DNA of 64,000 nt. It comes from Octopus sinensis (Eukaryota). The notes under the pieces are model-generated. The model was not told the origin of the DNA. It saw nothing but the letters and a program-made list of their open reading frames with translations, and searched no databases. Where the stretch lies: positions 38,254,001 through 38,318,000 of the forward strand of contig NC_043003.1 of assembly GCF_006345805.1 (NCBI RefSeq). Reading direction: 5' to 3'. Positions 26,792 through 40,438 of the stretch are shown here, one piece after another; the first letter of the stretch is position 1; each line of letters begins with the position of its first letter. A program made the translations under genes and the position numbers.

Positions 26792-27197
26792 ACATACATG
26801 TATAGTTACACATACGCACAGATTCATAGACGCGCGCGCACATATACACAGTTTTATAATTTGAAAGAATCATAACAAATTAAAATACCATTATTCAGCA
26901 TTTCATATATTAAGTTAGTTTGCGTAAAGCATGATAATAAAGAAACACGATGCATCTATTTATTTTATCTTTTTATTTATTTACTTCTTTAAGTCTTTTG
27001 ACTGTAGCCATGCTGGAGCACCACCTTGAAGATTTCTAGGCAAACGAATTGACCTAGTACTTGTTTTGTTAAACTTGGTACTTATTCTATCGATCTCTTG
27101 TGCCGAACCGCTATGTTACGGGGACATAAGCACACCAACACCGGTTGTCAAGCGTTGGTGGGGCAAAATACAGATACGAACACACACAACCCACACA

Positions 27198-28054
27198 CGT
27201 TGTCTGATCAATAAGTATCCGGAATGTTGCCATAGTAACGAAGCTAAAGCAAGAAGAGTGAAGCCGCTTGGTACAGATTGATCATGTACACTTCTGTGCA
27301 TGCACAGTAAGTTTTAATGTTCTAGCTCACTTCCCCAGTTTACAGCAGTGCTTGGAAGGAAGGTGTGTAGCGTGTGTTCGTTGCATTGACCATGACAGAG
27401 AAAATTGAGCAGAGAATCTGCATCAAATTTTGTCAAAAGCTTGGAGACACCTGCTCAGAGGTTTACGCAAAGTTTTCAAAATGTTTTCGTTCTCGACACA
27501 ATCAAGAAGATCTTGTGCAACTGAAACCCGAGGGTCTTTTTGGTCAACTGAAAGTAGTTTTGGCACAAACTTGGCAGACACGTGTCTTATACCCATATCT
27601 TCAGTGATAATGAACTGAACCGTAACTGGTCTTCACATCCTCTGATAACTCACAGATGGTGATTCGACGATTTCCCCTTACAGCAGCACGCACAGCTGCG
27701 ATGTTTTTCTTAGTTTTGCAGGTTGCGGGTCTCCCAGAACGTTCGTCAATAACGACATTTTTTCGGCCATCTTGGAAACGTCTGAACCACTTGTACACTT
27801 GTGTACAGCTCATACACTCCTCTCTATACACTTTCGGCAACTTTGCGTCGGCCTCTGAGCAGGTATCGCCATAACAACTTTGTCATGGTCAATGTGACGA
27901 TCACACGCATTGCTGTAAACAGCGGAAGTGAGCTAGAATGTTAAAACTTAGTGCGCATGCACAGCAGAGGTCAAGGTCAATCGTTGGCAAGCGGCTTCAC
28001 TCTGTGTGCTTCGTTACTATAGCAACTGTCTGGATATTTATTGATCAGACCTCC
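27198..28054. mobile_element. Mariner-derived fold-back element made of two inverted left ends
   Basis: Plus arm: gtctgatcaataagtatccgga.. then MTEKIEQRICIKFCQKLG. Minus arm: the same TIR/5' leader, then QVYKWFRRFQDGR..ERSGRP..NRRITICELSED..RHVSAKFVPKLLSVDQK. Confidence 0.85.
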
Positions 28055-28959
28055 TTCAAGTTCCGTCTACTAAATCCACTTACAAGACTTTGGTTGGCCC
28101 AGGGTGTCATGCAGTGGGACCGAACACGGAACCACGAGGTTGAGAAACAAAGTTCTTATCACACACCGCGCCTGCACCTATTTATTTATTTATTCATTTA
28201 TTTATTTTTACTTTACTGAATCCTAACTCCTCAAAGTATTAGGAAGCTGGCTTATTTACTAAAGATTCTATGCATCGTATCCTGTTGCTGATACTGAGAA
28301 AAAAAACACAGATTTTAGTCCATCTTGTTATCACTAGTCCTTGTGTAGTTGACAAGTGTTTTAGTAACGTTCATATCCTATGATTCAATGGTCTCTTAAT
28401 GATAAGCACTGACATTCCAGCGTTGTTAGAGCTTTGTACAAAGAAAGCAGACTCCTCGACTCAATATCGAAGAAAATTACTATATGTAGGCTAAATTTAC
28501 ACTTATATATTTCTGTTATTTTTTTTTGTTTTAGTCATTGAATTACGCCCACGAAGTGTTTAGTCGAACAAATCGATAGCAGAATTTACTTTTAAAACTC
28601 TGATACCTGCTATCATTCTCTTGTGCCGTGTCACGAAGTCACGGATTCACAAACAGACCAACACCGGTTGGCAAGCGTTGGTGGGAAACAAACATAAACA
28701 TAAAGACAAACAGACAGACACACACACACACATACACACATATATGTGTACGACGGGCTTTTTACAGTTTCCGTCTACTAAATTCACTCACAAGGCATTG
28801 GTCGACCCGGGGTTATATTGAAAGATACATACCCAAGGTGCCGCGTAGTGGCACTAAACTCAAAACGACATGGCTCCAAAGCGACCTTCATAACCACACT
28901 ACAATGTTAAATTATTTTACTAATTTATTGAATTACTCCACAATAGTGAGAAAGGCGAA

Positions 28960-29165
28960 AAGATGGCGAGCTGGCAGAATCGTTAGCACACTGGGCAAAA
29001 TGCTTATCGGTATTTCATCTGTCTTTACGTTCTGAGTTCAAATTCCACCGAAGTCGACTTTGCTTTTCATCCTCTAAAATAAGTATCAGTTGAGTACTGG
29101 GGTCGATATAATCGACTTTATCCCTCCCCCGAACTTTCTGGTCTGGTGCCAAATTTGGAAACCAA
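28960..29165 (+). mobile_element. SINE family B
   Basis: atggcgagctggcagaatcgttagcac..ttacgttctgagttcaaattccaccgaagtcgactttgc. Confidence 0.8.
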
Positions 29166-30384
29166 CGTTGCAAAACACGGAACCCTCTCCCATTATTTTG
29201 GAACTGATAAGGAACACTCGTTTGTTTTCTTTAAAAAAAATTAGTGTACGGTAAAATATATATTTGTTCAGCATTTACTTGTAAGTATGTAATTTGTTTT
29301 GGAGAGTTTAATGGTCTAGTATATAGAACCTAGTTTATGATACACATCATCTGAATACTTTAAATTCTTATTTTGTCTGATCTCCAACTACTTCTATTTC
29401 GGAAGAAAGCAAACACCTTGAGTGTCTTACTTTACTAAATAAATCTACTGGTGTGTCAACGATATATGTAAATCTGTCTAAATTCACATTCTATAGTTCC
29501 ATGGAAATAACCACATTGAAATAAATTCCAACATATCTACGATTTTTCTTTTCGCTTAAAACAGTTTGAATTATTATTTCCAGTATGAATTATATTTGTA
29601 TTTTCGCTATTGCTAATAATACTTCCTCTTAATGTCGAGGATTTATAAAAGTAATGTCTTTTAAAATAAAATAAAATAAAATTGTACAATGTTTTAATAA
29701 GATAAAATTATTTATGTCTGTGCCATTCTCATCGTTAAACCAGGCGTTACTGGCTTGTTTCTCTACTATTACATCGTTATTCTATAAAAACACCCATGAA
29801 TGTAGATTATATTTATTATTTTAGCTCGGATGAGAAAGCATTCCTGAGATATATCCCATATTAATGGGAAAATATGTGTTGAGCAAACTACTATATAGCT
29901 ATTTTGATCTGTTTAGTGCAGTTTCTGTCTTGTGTTCTCTCGTCTTTATAGGGCAATGGGAAAATTTTGTTACAGAGTAATTTTTGTAACTACTATACAG
30001 GCGTTTACATAATAAATGAGATCCGTTTTAGCTGGGCTGAGATCTTGTGCTGCCTCGTCTTTCTATAGCCACGAAACGCTATTTTGTGCAGAAAATAAAC
30101 CATTCAGTTAGGAGCCAAGTCGAGTAACCTTTTTAATATGTAAGTCAAATTGCAAACGTGTAGAAGCTCATCTGTGTTACGAAAAGTAATGAATCTATAT
30201 ATTTCTACAAATCCATAGGTTAGCAGCTCACGTTAAATTACTATTTTGAACTTCTTCGGGCTTAAACCTTTTTCTGTTTTTCTCTCTATATAGTTTTAAA
30301 GATGTTGTCAGACATCAGTTTCAATCTTAAACGCGATTCAAATTTCGCCCTAGGGTGAGAAACAACCAGGAAAGGAGAGGTTGG

Positions 30385-30550
30385 TAAAGAAGCCATACTT
30401 GCAATCTTCAATTCGGTGTTCGTGCCTGTCCTCGCTTACGATCACGAATGTTCTGTAATGACCGAAAGAGCAAATACATTGCAAATACAAGCGATCGAAA
30501 ATGGATTCACTCAGAAGGGTCTCTGGGGTAATGGTGCTCGACCGGGTAGG
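30385..30550 (+). mobile_element. RTE-like LINE C-terminal fragment
   Basis: IFNSVFVPVLAYDHECSVMTER..QIQAIE, then RRVSGVMVLDRV in a shifted frame. Confidence 0.6.
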
Positions 30551-31259
30551 AGTTTGTAGGTTTTTGAAAGTGGTGAGGTGATGGGTAGACGTTTGGGAAG
30601 GAGCTTTTAGTGTTTCTTTAAGAAAAAAAAATGAAAGAAAAAATTCTTAAAGATTCGTACTCTCTGCTTGTTTTTCCATCGATTAGCAAGAAGAAAATTC
30701 GAAAAAAGTAAAAAATGAAGGAATTGGGATGGGGATGGAGAAAATTTAGATATTGAGAATATGTTTTATTATTTTTTTGCGAAATCCTAATCTCCTGTAT
30801 TGAAAACAGGAATCGGAAGAAATTTAGGGAAAACATCAGGTGAGGGGCGCGCTAGAAACAACATGTGAAGGACAAGATTTCTGGGAGAACTTCCTTTTAA
30901 ATTCATATCGAAGATCAGGTTTTTAGATAGACTCATTACAAACACGAATTACAGAATAGTAAAAGGTGATTTCAATTGGATCTGAGCTGTAATTTTGCGC
31001 GTGCACACAGCAAGAAATAATTCATACAGAAATTTTACAGAAGTTTTATCTAGAGTGTGTGTGTGCGTGCGCGCACGTGTGTGTATATGAGTATGTGTGT
31101 GTGTGCGTGTGTGTATCTGTGTATGTGCGTGTGTATGTGTATGTGCGTGTGTATGTGTGTGTGTGTGTGTGCCAAAGGAAGTTATGTTATGGCATTCTTT
31201 CGTTTGAAACGGGAAAGTTGTCAACTCGATCATATAGTCGATCACATGGGATCATGTTT

Positions 31260-31428
31260 GTTCGTTAATTTCCGTAATTTTAAAATTTCTTTATGGTTTG
31301 AAGAGAGTAGAAATTAAAAGAGAGCAGAAAGAGAAAAGGCAACATTTGCTTTGAAGTGAGAGCAAAAAGTGAAAGAGAGGAGAAAATGAAAGATGTATGT
31401 ACGTGTATATGAAATGGACGTGTGTGTA

Positions 31429-31470
<42 letters not shown>

Positions 31471-31544
31471 TGAGTGAAAGTGTAAATTGTCATGTATGTA
31501 TTTTTTGCATGTATGTGTAAGTGGCACTTACTTTCTCTTTCTCT

Positions 31545-31578
<34 letters not shown>

Positions 31579-32243
31579 TTATCTTTCATATACACGTTCA
31601 TAAATACATATACATACATCTTTTTTGTATGTATGTGTGCGTGTGCATGTAAGAAAGTGAGTGAGTGATTATATTTCCTCATAACTTACAGAAATGGATG
31701 TATTTTAAAGTACACACTCATATAGAAAATGTAAGGTCCTCGCCGTCGTGGTATGAAATGTCATTTAGGATAGTTTAATTATAGAAAGATTATAATGTCA
31801 AGTTTTCGTAATGCAAATATGTAAATGAAAATAAAATTCATTTGTTAACCGAAAGATTACTGAATCTTTTGATGCCCCATACGTCAAAATCGGCAACTCA
31901 GTTTTCGAATGTATTCGTTAATTTCCATAAAATATTTGTATTTCTTTATGCTTTGAAGAGAGCAGAAATCGAAAGAGAAAAGAAAGTAAAACCGCAACAT
32001 TTGCTTTGAAGTGAGAGCAGAAAGTGAAAGATGTATGTACATGTATATGAAATGGACGTGTGTGTGTGTGTGTGTGCATGAGAGAGAGAGTGAGTAAGTG
32101 AATGTGTGTGTTGTCATGTATGTGTAAGTGGCACTCACCCAGTCTCTCTCTGTGTCACACACACACATCTTTCATATACACATACATAAATATATGTGCA
32201 TACATCTTATTGTATGTATGTAGGTGTGCGTGTGCGTGTGTAC

Positions 32244-32282
<39 letters not shown>

Positions 32283-32540
32283 AGTGACTGTATTTCCTCA
32301 TAACATATAGAGAAATATATGTCTTTTAAGGTACACACTCATATAAAAAATGTGACGCCGTTGTCGTTGTCGTCATGGAATAAAATAGTTTCGATAGTTG
32401 ACTTATAGAAAAGAATATAATGTAAAATTTTTGCAATGCAAATATATAAATGAAGATATAGTTTATTTGGTAGACGCAAGATTACTGAATCTTTTGATAC
32501 CCCATACGTCAAAATCGGCAACTCAGTTTCCGAACGCATA
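31260..32540. repeat. Diverged tandem duplication of a ~630-bp unit
   Basis: ttcgttaatttcc..caacatttgctttgaagtgagagca..gaaatggacgtgtg..atttcctcataac..gattactgaatcttttgat.ccccatacgtcaaaatcggcaactcagttt occurs at 31260-31905 and 31914-32535. Confidence 0.8.
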
Positions 32541-32552
32541 AGGAAGATAGTG

Positions 32553-32646
<94 letters not shown>

Positions 32647-33012
32647 TCTCTTTTATATATATATATATTATATATATATATATATATAGAAGTATCCCTG
32701 TCTGTCGTTCTCTTTGTCTCTCACATTCCCTACGTGTCTATCCCTACCTGTCTCATCGCCTTCCCTGATGTCAATCACCCTCATTATGCCACATTCTCTG
32801 AAACTAACACTTTTGCACCCCTCTCATTTTATCATGTAATAGCCCAACCCTTCGTAGTCGGTCCATCATCAGTTTTTATTGAAATCCAATTCGCCTACAA
32901 TTGGACTGGATGTTAGTTCAACATGTATACAAAGTTTGGTGAAGATTGGTTCCCTGGTTTCGGCAGCATGATGATAACAGACAGACAGAAATTGCCATTA
33001 TATATAAAATGC

Positions 33013-33069
<57 letters not shown>

Positions 33070-34406
33070 TGTCGGGGCAGGTATTTGTCATTTCGAGAAT
33101 TACTACTCTAGCGGATTCAGGTATCTTCAGGTATTTCCAGTGAACTCTGGTGTCACAAACAGTAAAAGAAATCTCATAATAACGTGTTATATCAGTACAA
33201 CAAGACATTTTGGACAGCTGAAGGTGGGTGAATGGTGGTTGGTGAAGGCGCCAATGTGATTTAAGAAAAAGGAAACGGATTGTATTAAATTAGTTACAGA
33301 AATGCCAAACCTTTCTCTTTGCACTTTCATGTTTTATGGACTTAGGCATTTGTTTACGAAGACAAAGACACAATGAAAAATATGCGCATACATAAGTATA
33401 ATGAAATATAATATAATAAATATATGCTTGAGTGTTTGTGTTTGTGTGTATGTGTACGTATTTGTGTGTGTGTTTATTTGTATTTCTGTGTGTGTGTGAG
33501 TGTGTGTTTGAGGCCATATAGGAAATTCTTTGACAGATTTTTCTCAGGTAATTTAAAGACATTTGGATCCTAAAAATAATGATGTCATTGGCCGACGGCG
33601 AAATTTCAGTGGAGGATCAGAAAAGGTATATTAAAAAAAGAAAGGAAGAAAGAGAGAAAGGAAAATTATTCATGGAGTGTTGTTTTACTTTCCTGGCACC
33701 AGGTTTTTCTCACGAAGCAAAACTGTGGAGAACAAAAAAACAAAAAACGAACCAACACACTCAAACACAAATGTTTAACATATATATGTATACACACTCA
33801 CACATATATATATATATATAATGTATGTATATATAAATACATGTGTGTGTGTGTTTAAGCTAATAAAAAACAAAATAAAAAACATAAAAGGCCATATAAC
33901 TTACAAACGTGACAGGTTTTCTTATATTTCTTTGACAGTCTTTCAATATTAAGAACTCCACCCAATTGTGAGTATTTTATGACACGGAACTAATGACATA
34001 GGATTAACTATTCACAAGGAAAACTATGTGTGTGAGTGTTTGTGTGTGTATGTACGGTTGGTGTTGTAACAGTCACTTAGTTGTTACTTGTATAGTGAAA
34101 GATAGTAGCCGTTGTTTTCTTTTAATGTTTGGATACTCTCCGTTTGGGAAGATATTCCTAAAATGCTTTACCCCACAGTTTTTATGTGTAGATTGAACAA
34201 CGGTAACTGGTTCAGTTGGGAATAAGACTTTTCCTTTATAAATTCTTCTGAATTATCTAATGTCACGCTACGCTGCACATTCCCACAGATACCCAATAAA
34301 AAAAAACTGGAAGTGCATGCGTGTGTGTGTGTGTGCGTTCGTTTGTTTGTTTCTATAGAAACAGATTTGCCTGCGTATGTAGATGTAAGTATATGTGTAT
34401 GTGTAT

Positions 34407-34640
34407 AAGGCGGCGAACTGGCAGAGACGTTAGCACGCCAGACGAAGTGCTTCGCGGCATTTCGCCCGTCGCTACGTTCTGAGTTCAAATTCTGCCGAGG
34501 TCGACTTTGCCTTTCATCCTTTCGGGATCGATAAATTAAGTACCAGTTACGCACTGGGGTCGATGTAATTGACTTAATCTGTTTGTCTGTCCTTGTTTGT
34601 CTCCTCTATGTTTAGCCCCTTGTGGGTAATAAAGAAACAT
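34407..34640 (+). mobile_element. SINE family B
   Basis: taaggcggcgaactggcagagacgttagcacgcc..ccccttgtgggtaataaagaaa. Confidence 0.85.
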
Positions 34641-35026
34641 ATGTGTGTATTATGTAGGTATCCGTATATGTACGTATTTATTTATGTGTACGTATCTTTA
34701 TCGTTTATCTTTTACTTGTTTTAGTCATTAGACTGCAGCCATGCTGGGGCACCGCCTTGAAGAGTTTTTAGTCGAGCGAATAGACCCCACTACTTTTTTC
34801 TTTTTTTTTTTTGCTAAACCTGGTATTTATTTTATCAGGGTCTTTTGTCAAACCGCAAAAATCACGGGACGCAAACACGCCAACACCAGTGTCAAGCGGT
34901 GGTGGGGGAACACATACACATTCACACACACATAGAATAAGAAATAGAATATCCTCGGTACAGTATTATATATTTTTGAAAAAATGAATAGAAATGGCTT
35001 TTCTGTAATAATTGAATGGGAAAATT

Positions 35027-35115
<89 letters not shown>

Positions 35116-35287
35116 ATGTATGTATGTATGTATGTATGTATGTATGTATGTATGTACGACGGACTTCTCTCAGTTTCTGTCTAGCAAATTCACTCACATG
35201 GTCAACCCGTGGCTATTGTAGAAGACACTTGCCCAAAACACCTCGCAGAGAACGACAGACAGGGATACTTCTATATATATAAAAGAG

Positions 35288-35299
<12 letters not shown>

Positions 35300-35324
<25 letters not shown>

Positions 35325-35580
35325 ACTATCTTCCTTATGCGTTCGAAAACTGAGTTGCCGATTTTGACGTATGGGGTATCAAAAGATTCAGTAATCTTAC
35401 GTCTACCAAATAAACTTTATTTTCATTTACATATTTGCATTGCAAAAATTTTACATTATAATCTTTTCTATAAGTCAACTATCGTAAACATTTTATTCCA
35501 TGACGACAACGACAACGGCGTCACATTTTTTATATGAGTGTGTACCTTAAGAGACATATATTCCTCTACATGTGGTTAGG
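35300..35580 (-). repeat. Inverted, high-identity copy of 32283-32560
   Basis: ORF-track peptides 32339..32641(-) and 35295..35537(+) are nearly identical (TIFLMRS.TELPILTYGVSKDSVILRLPNKLY.HL.ICIAKILHY). Confidence 0.85.
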
Positions 35581-35919
35581 AAGTACACTTCTTACCACAT
35601 AGCCACGTATATGTATGTTTGTGCATACGAATGTACGGTGTGTTTAAGTATTAAAAATTTCTTTTTAATCGACAGAAAGTTACAAAGGTGATTTCTCAAA
35701 CTGATAAGTATCATTCGTGCACGGCACCCTCGGCCAAAGAGTCATTTTTGTAACTTTCAGCCGATTAAAAAGTGCAAAAGTGTATATACACATGAATTGA
35801 TTTCTCTTTTCTCTGTGTATGTGCATAGATAAATATATGTACATGCATGTATATTTGTACGCACTTCTATATTTGTATATGTATATATGTGTGTGTGTGC
35901 GTGTGGTGTGTGTGTGTGG

Positions 35920-35996
<77 letters not shown>

Positions 35997-36059
35997 ATTT
36001 CACAACCGAAAATCCTACTAATAGTTTTATGCTTTTGTGATACTTGAGCAGACAGATTA

Positions 36060-37260
36060 TGGTACTATTAAAGCATTCATTTGGAATACCTGAAGTTCTG
36101 GATTATCTACTAAGTGGCTAATTCGTGTTCTTATCCGCCTTTTAGTTTTAGCATACCAGCGCCTGTCTCTAATGGCCCAAATGCTTTCTAAGCCTTCATA
36201 TCCTTTATGGCCAATTCGTTCGTATAGCTGGTAATTTCAATAGCTAGTCTCTCTGCCGGTTCTTCTTGGGATAGTCTCCCTTTCCCCCATGCATTTCTTC
36301 TGATTCACTAACCTGTCATAATAGCTTTTACATGCCCCTTTTTTGTCGGGGTCAGTGAGAAATATGTCCATTGCGCTTTCGTTACGTGCATATTTCTCTT
36401 CAACATCTATTCCTTAGTAGAAAAAGAAAGAAAAAAATGACGTACATCAATACTGATATACTATCTTGGTCCGGACACTTCTCGCTTCTGATCCTTGCCT
36501 TTGCAGACCATTAGAAAACTCTCTTTCCAATCCCCTCTTTACTATGTATACTTGATTTTAGCTGCTCTTTTAGCTGCTTTATATCGTTTCTTGTTCTTCC
36601 TCCTTTTTTCATAGGGACATCTCTTAGCTTTGGTAACTTTATTTACTGTATCGTTTCACCATCATATTATCTTCCGTCTTGCTGGAACCTTGTTCCATCC
36701 TCCGACCGCCTTGTAAGCACACAACAGGCTATTTCATGATAACTCAGGGTCGCTTTTTATATTATAAATGTCTATTTCCTTCTTAGCATATGCGTCACCC
36801 AATATTTTTTTAAAACTACACCATGTTTAAAGAATTTTCAATTTCTATACCATCTTTCTCCAGACTGTCTTGTGTCTCTAGGTCTGATGTCACTAATCAC
36901 TAGTCTATGTCAAGTGGTACAGTCTTTGTCACTAAATGGCTTATAGTATTCAGCATCGTTTCTGTTTCTCGTTTACTGGTAAGTATGAAGCATATCTGGT
37001 CTGACTGGTTGATAGGTGTCCAGTAATTGATTGGTTTCCTTCAAGTTAGTGTTGTAAAAGTTTTGGCTACTTGCAATCACAGAACTTTAAAAGAACTGAT
37101 CCCTCTCTGCTCTGTATACAATAACCATATCGTCCCTTTACAGTAGAATAGCCACCAAGGTGTTGCCCAGCATGTCCATTAAAGTTTCCATCCATAATAA
37201 AAAAAAGTCGCCATTCAGTTACTCTGTAAGAAAGCCCGTTTGTTCATCAGTCAATCCTGG
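36060..37260 (-). mobile_element. Decayed RTE-clade LINE, apurinic endonuclease + linker
   Basis: IMDGNFNGHAGQHLGGYSTVKGRYGY..REGSVLLKFC matches the RTE APE GDFNGHVG..GYG..N.EG..LL.FC motif; multiple stops. Confidence 0.7.
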
Positions 37261-37284
37261 TTACAGTGTATATATATATTTTTA

Positions 37285-37513
37285 TTTCACCTGTCTCAGT
37301 CATTAGACTGCAGCCTTGCTGGGGCACCGCCTCGAAGAATTTTCAGTCGACCGAACCGACCCCTGCATTTACTTTTCTTTAAGCCTGACACTTATTCATT
37401 CGGTCTTTTTTGCTGAACAGCTAGGTTACAGGGACGTAAACATACCAACACTGGTTGTCAAGTGGTGGCGGGCACAAACACAGACACGAAGACACACACA
37501 CGCACGTACACAC

Positions 37514-37612
<99 letters not shown>

Positions 37613-37770
37613 CTACTGGCTTCTTTCAGTTTCCGTCTCCCAAAACCATTCCCGAGGCTTTGGTCGGCTCGAGCTTTAGTAGAAGACACTTGCCCAAGGT
37701 GCCATGCAGGAGGACTGAACCCGGAACCATGTGGTTGGCAAGCAAACTTCTACCACACAGCCACGCCTAC
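37285..37770 (-). mobile_element. SINE family A
   Basis: ctgtctcagtcattagactgcagcc..gcaccgcc..(CA)n..cttctttcagtttccg..gaagacacttgcccaaggtgcc..ggaaccatgtggttggc. Confidence 0.85.
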
Positions 37771-38726
37771 AGAGAAAAAATACCTTTCATGTTGCCTATG
37801 ACTTGTTTTAACTTAATCTGTCACATACTCTTACTAAGTTACTTAATCTATTTCTCTGCCGAAACACCAACTCTACCGGCTACAATGTTATTATTACTTA
37901 CCCAGAACAATTGCCATTCCTTCGATATAACTCGACAAAATCAAAACATTTCACTTCGGGTATTTCCGTGGGTTGTGGAGTAATAGATATAACGAAATTA
38001 TGCCAGCAATGTCTCATTTTAAACTTGAAGAAAAAAAAGGCCTTGCATATTTGTTCTTACCTGTTTCATGTGTGTATGTAAAAATCCTCAAATTTCCAAG
38101 CAGAAAACAGAATCGAACTGTCATTTGCTTCCACGGAAATAGCCGAAGTGAAATGTTTTGATTTTGTCGCGTTATATCGAAGGAATGCCGAACAATTTGT
38201 ACCAGTTACCAGACTCAGAAAATTCTGGTCAAGTTTATGTTTCCATCATTCCCGTTTCGGTTTTTAATTTTCCTTTAATTTTACTTTCATTTCACTTCTT
38301 CGATAATACGGAACACCATATTCTAAACCAAGCATGAGTAACCTTTTCAAGAATCGGGTTGTGTAAGACATGGCACTTCATCAAGCAGAATCCAAGTTAA
38401 TTTTTCATTAGGTGTGCACATTTAGAAAGTCCCACGACCGCAGTTTGCTCACGACTGTCCTAAGCTAACGCTTAAGTTTTTTTTTCTAAATATATATATA
38501 TATTTTTTTAATATTCTCAAGATTGATTATCAAAATTTCTAATATCATGTAAACCAATTTTTCTGGAAGTGAAAATCAACATATTAAATCAACGACAAAA
38601 TAAAAAATGGTTCATTAGAATCTACGAGTGGAAATATATATGAAAGAAGGTTTGAAAATGCAATTTTAAAAGGTGTTTATTAACATGACCGATTTCACTT
38701 TTTTAGAAAAAGATTGTCAAAAGTAA

Positions 38727-38937
38727 GAAGTCAGAAAACAACACAGCTCCCATGACTTTCGGAAACATTTCTTCACACTCAGAGTTGCTGAAGCATGGAA
38801 TAAACTGCCTGCGTCAGTTGTTGACTGCCATGACGCTGCATCCTTTAAGGCCCTCATGCTTTCCGAAATCCGTCGAAACTACACCTGATTATATATACAC
38901 TTTCGATGAGTTGTAGTGCACCTGAGCACTGTACACA

Positions 38938-38979
<42 letters not shown>

Positions 38980-38980
38980 T
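38727..38980 (+). mobile_element. CR1/L2-like LINE 3' end with (ATT)n tail
   Basis: HSSHDFRKHFFTLRVAEAWNKLPASVV..SFK (the FF..RV..WN.LP motif), short 3' UTR, (ATT)n; it interrupts a copy of the 39 kb repeat. Confidence 0.85.
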
Positions 38981-39049
38981 AAAAGCTTTGTAAAAACTTT
39001 GTAAAAACTTTGTTCGGTTTAGTGCTGGTTGTCACAAAAGTATTAAAAT

Positions 39050-39231
39050 ACATATATACATTCTTTGTATATAACAATGTATATATGTATTGTAATATTT
39101 TGTGACAACCAGTATTTAACACAATAAAGTTTTTACAAAGCTTTTACATTTTACTTTTGACAATCTTTTTCTAAAAAAGTGAAATCGGTCAAGTGAATAA
39201 ACAACTTTTAAAATTGCATTTTCAAATCTAC

Positions 39232-39283
<52 letters not shown>

Positions 39284-39510
39284 GAAGGTTTGAAAATGCA
39301 ATATATACTTTTATATATATATATGAAAGTAGGTTTGAAAATGCAATTTTAAAAGGTGTTTATTCACTTGACCGATTTCACTTTTTTAGAAAAAGATTGT
39401 CGACAGTAAAATGTAAAAGCTTTATAAAAAATTTATTGTGTTAAATACTAGTTGTCATAAAATATTACAATACATATATACATTGTTATATACAAAGAAT
39501 GTATGTATAT
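39050..39510. repeat. Long palindrome (~186-bp arms) around a (TA)n centre
   Basis: 39050-39236 is the reverse complement of 39324-39510. ORFs 39116..39301(-) and 39193..39444(+) give the same peptide. Confidence 0.9.
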
Positions 39511-40166
39511 ATATATATATAGGTTTGGTTAAGGACGTCTCGCCCTGGTACGTGATGATGTCTGTTTCTTTATTTTTCCCCTGACGAAGGAATATTTATC
39601 GTGATGCACCATCGTGCATTAAATACGGTGATGAACCCCTGAAATGGCCATAGGGAATGTAAATATGGTTTCTTCTTTTTTGCTTAGACACTGGCTTTTA
39701 ACAATAGGTTTCCCTTATCTTGGAAAGTAATTTTTAATCGAAAAAATTTCTAAATGATGAACTTTTATCTTACCATATTATATATTATTTATTTATATGT
39801 TTCCTATATATTATATATATATATATTTTATATCGTTTTATATATCTATATATTTATATATTTCTTTATATTTTTATCTATTTATTATTCTAGATGTTGT
39901 AATGTTAAAAAACATATATTTTTTTAGTCGCTAAATTATTAATCATTAACTTTTAACCGCGATGGACTGTATTCATACATTTTCTTATATTTTTCTTATA
40001 TGCTTGTATTGATGAGTTGTGTTCCGTCTTCCGTGATTTTATGCATGTATATTCTATATGAAAGAAAAAGCATTATGTGATTAAATGTTCGAGATATGAA
40101 ATGTTACGTGGATGACCTTATATTTGTTTGTTCTGCAACCATAGTTTAATTATATATATGTATATA

Positions 40167-40248
<82 letters not shown>

Positions 40249-40380
40249 ATATATATATGCAACTGTACTAGAGCGCTCGGTCAGTAAAGCGAGTAATGAT
40301 ATTATTTATAAAAACATGTGAAAACCAGTTACTCAGGGTTTTTTGAAATTCACATTGTTGTTGCTGTTTTTAGAAATAAA

Positions 40381-40418
<38 letters not shown>

Positions 40419-40438
40419 CGCGCACGCGCACATATATA

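Noticed and set aside
38900-38980. Idea that the CR1 element is the partner LINE of SINE family B because both end in (ATT)n
   Set aside because: The sequences just before the tails (gcacctgagcactgtacaca versus ccttgtgccaaaattagaaacc) are not similar.
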